From positions 175,770,001 through 175,834,000 of the forward strand of contig NC_042998.1 in assembly GCF_006345805.1 (NCBI RefSeq): DNA of 64,000 nucleotides, read 5' to 3'. Below, in pieces: positions 63,661-64,000 of this stretch. This DNA comes from Octopus sinensis. Lineage: Eukaryota. A program made the translations under genes and the position numbers. Each line of letters begins with the position of its first letter. The first letter of the stretch is position 1. The notes under the pieces are model-generated. The model had not been told where the DNA came from and did no database searches. It was given only the letters and a program-made list of their open reading frames with translations.

Positions 63661-64000
63661 GGCGGCGAGCTGGCAGAAACGTTAACACGCCGGGCGAAAT
63701 GCTTAGCGGTATTTCGTCTGCCGCTACGTTCTGAGTTCAAATTCCGTCGAGGTCGACTTTGCCTTTCATCCTTTCGAGGTCGATTATATAAGTACCAGTT
63801 ACGCACTGGGGACGATGTAATCGACTTAATCCGTTTGTTTGTCCTTGTTTGTCCCCTCTGCATTTAGCTCCTTGTGGGTAGTAAAGAAATAGGTATTACG
63901 TCTGTCTTTAGGTTCTGAGTTTAAATCCCGTCGAGTCGACTTTGCCTTTCATCCTTTCGGGGTTGATAAATTAAGTACCAGTTGCGTACAGGTGTCGATC
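63661..64000 (+). mobile_element. SINE A concatemer running off the window
   Basis: Full head, body and tail, then junction gaaataggtatt at 63885. Confidence 0.9.

Overview
AT-rich animal genomic DNA packed with microsatellites. The SINE families and repeat landscape look to me like a coleoid cephalopod (Octopus); this is pattern recognition, not a database match. The window is probably intronic or intergenic, and most ORFs in the track are microsatellite or SINE artefacts. Supported content: (1) many copies of several tRNA-derived SINE families, given working labels A, B, C, C' and D; (2) decayed transposons: mariner, piggyBac, Merlin/IS1595-like, non-autonomous Helitrons, MITEs, two Penelope-like elements (RT + GIY-YIG), RTE, CR1-like and restriction-like-endonuclease (RLE; R4/Dong-like) LINEs; (3) several tandem or segmental duplications, a 26-bp minisatellite and a 1.12-kb near-perfect palindrome; (4) one good minus-strand coding-exon candidate at 24651-24910. 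The most interesting signals are three. First, two diverged head-to-tail elements (55.3-59.0 kb) carry only a Gag/ORF1-like gene and share their 3' tail with the commonest SINE. Second, several hammerhead-ribozyme motifs occur, including a tandem 580-bp retrozyme-like unit whose helix III can close only as a dimer. Third, SINE A forms concatemers with one recurrent junction. No CRISPR array, rRNA or genuine tRNA gene was seen. All alignments and folds were done by eye, and most element boundaries are approximate.
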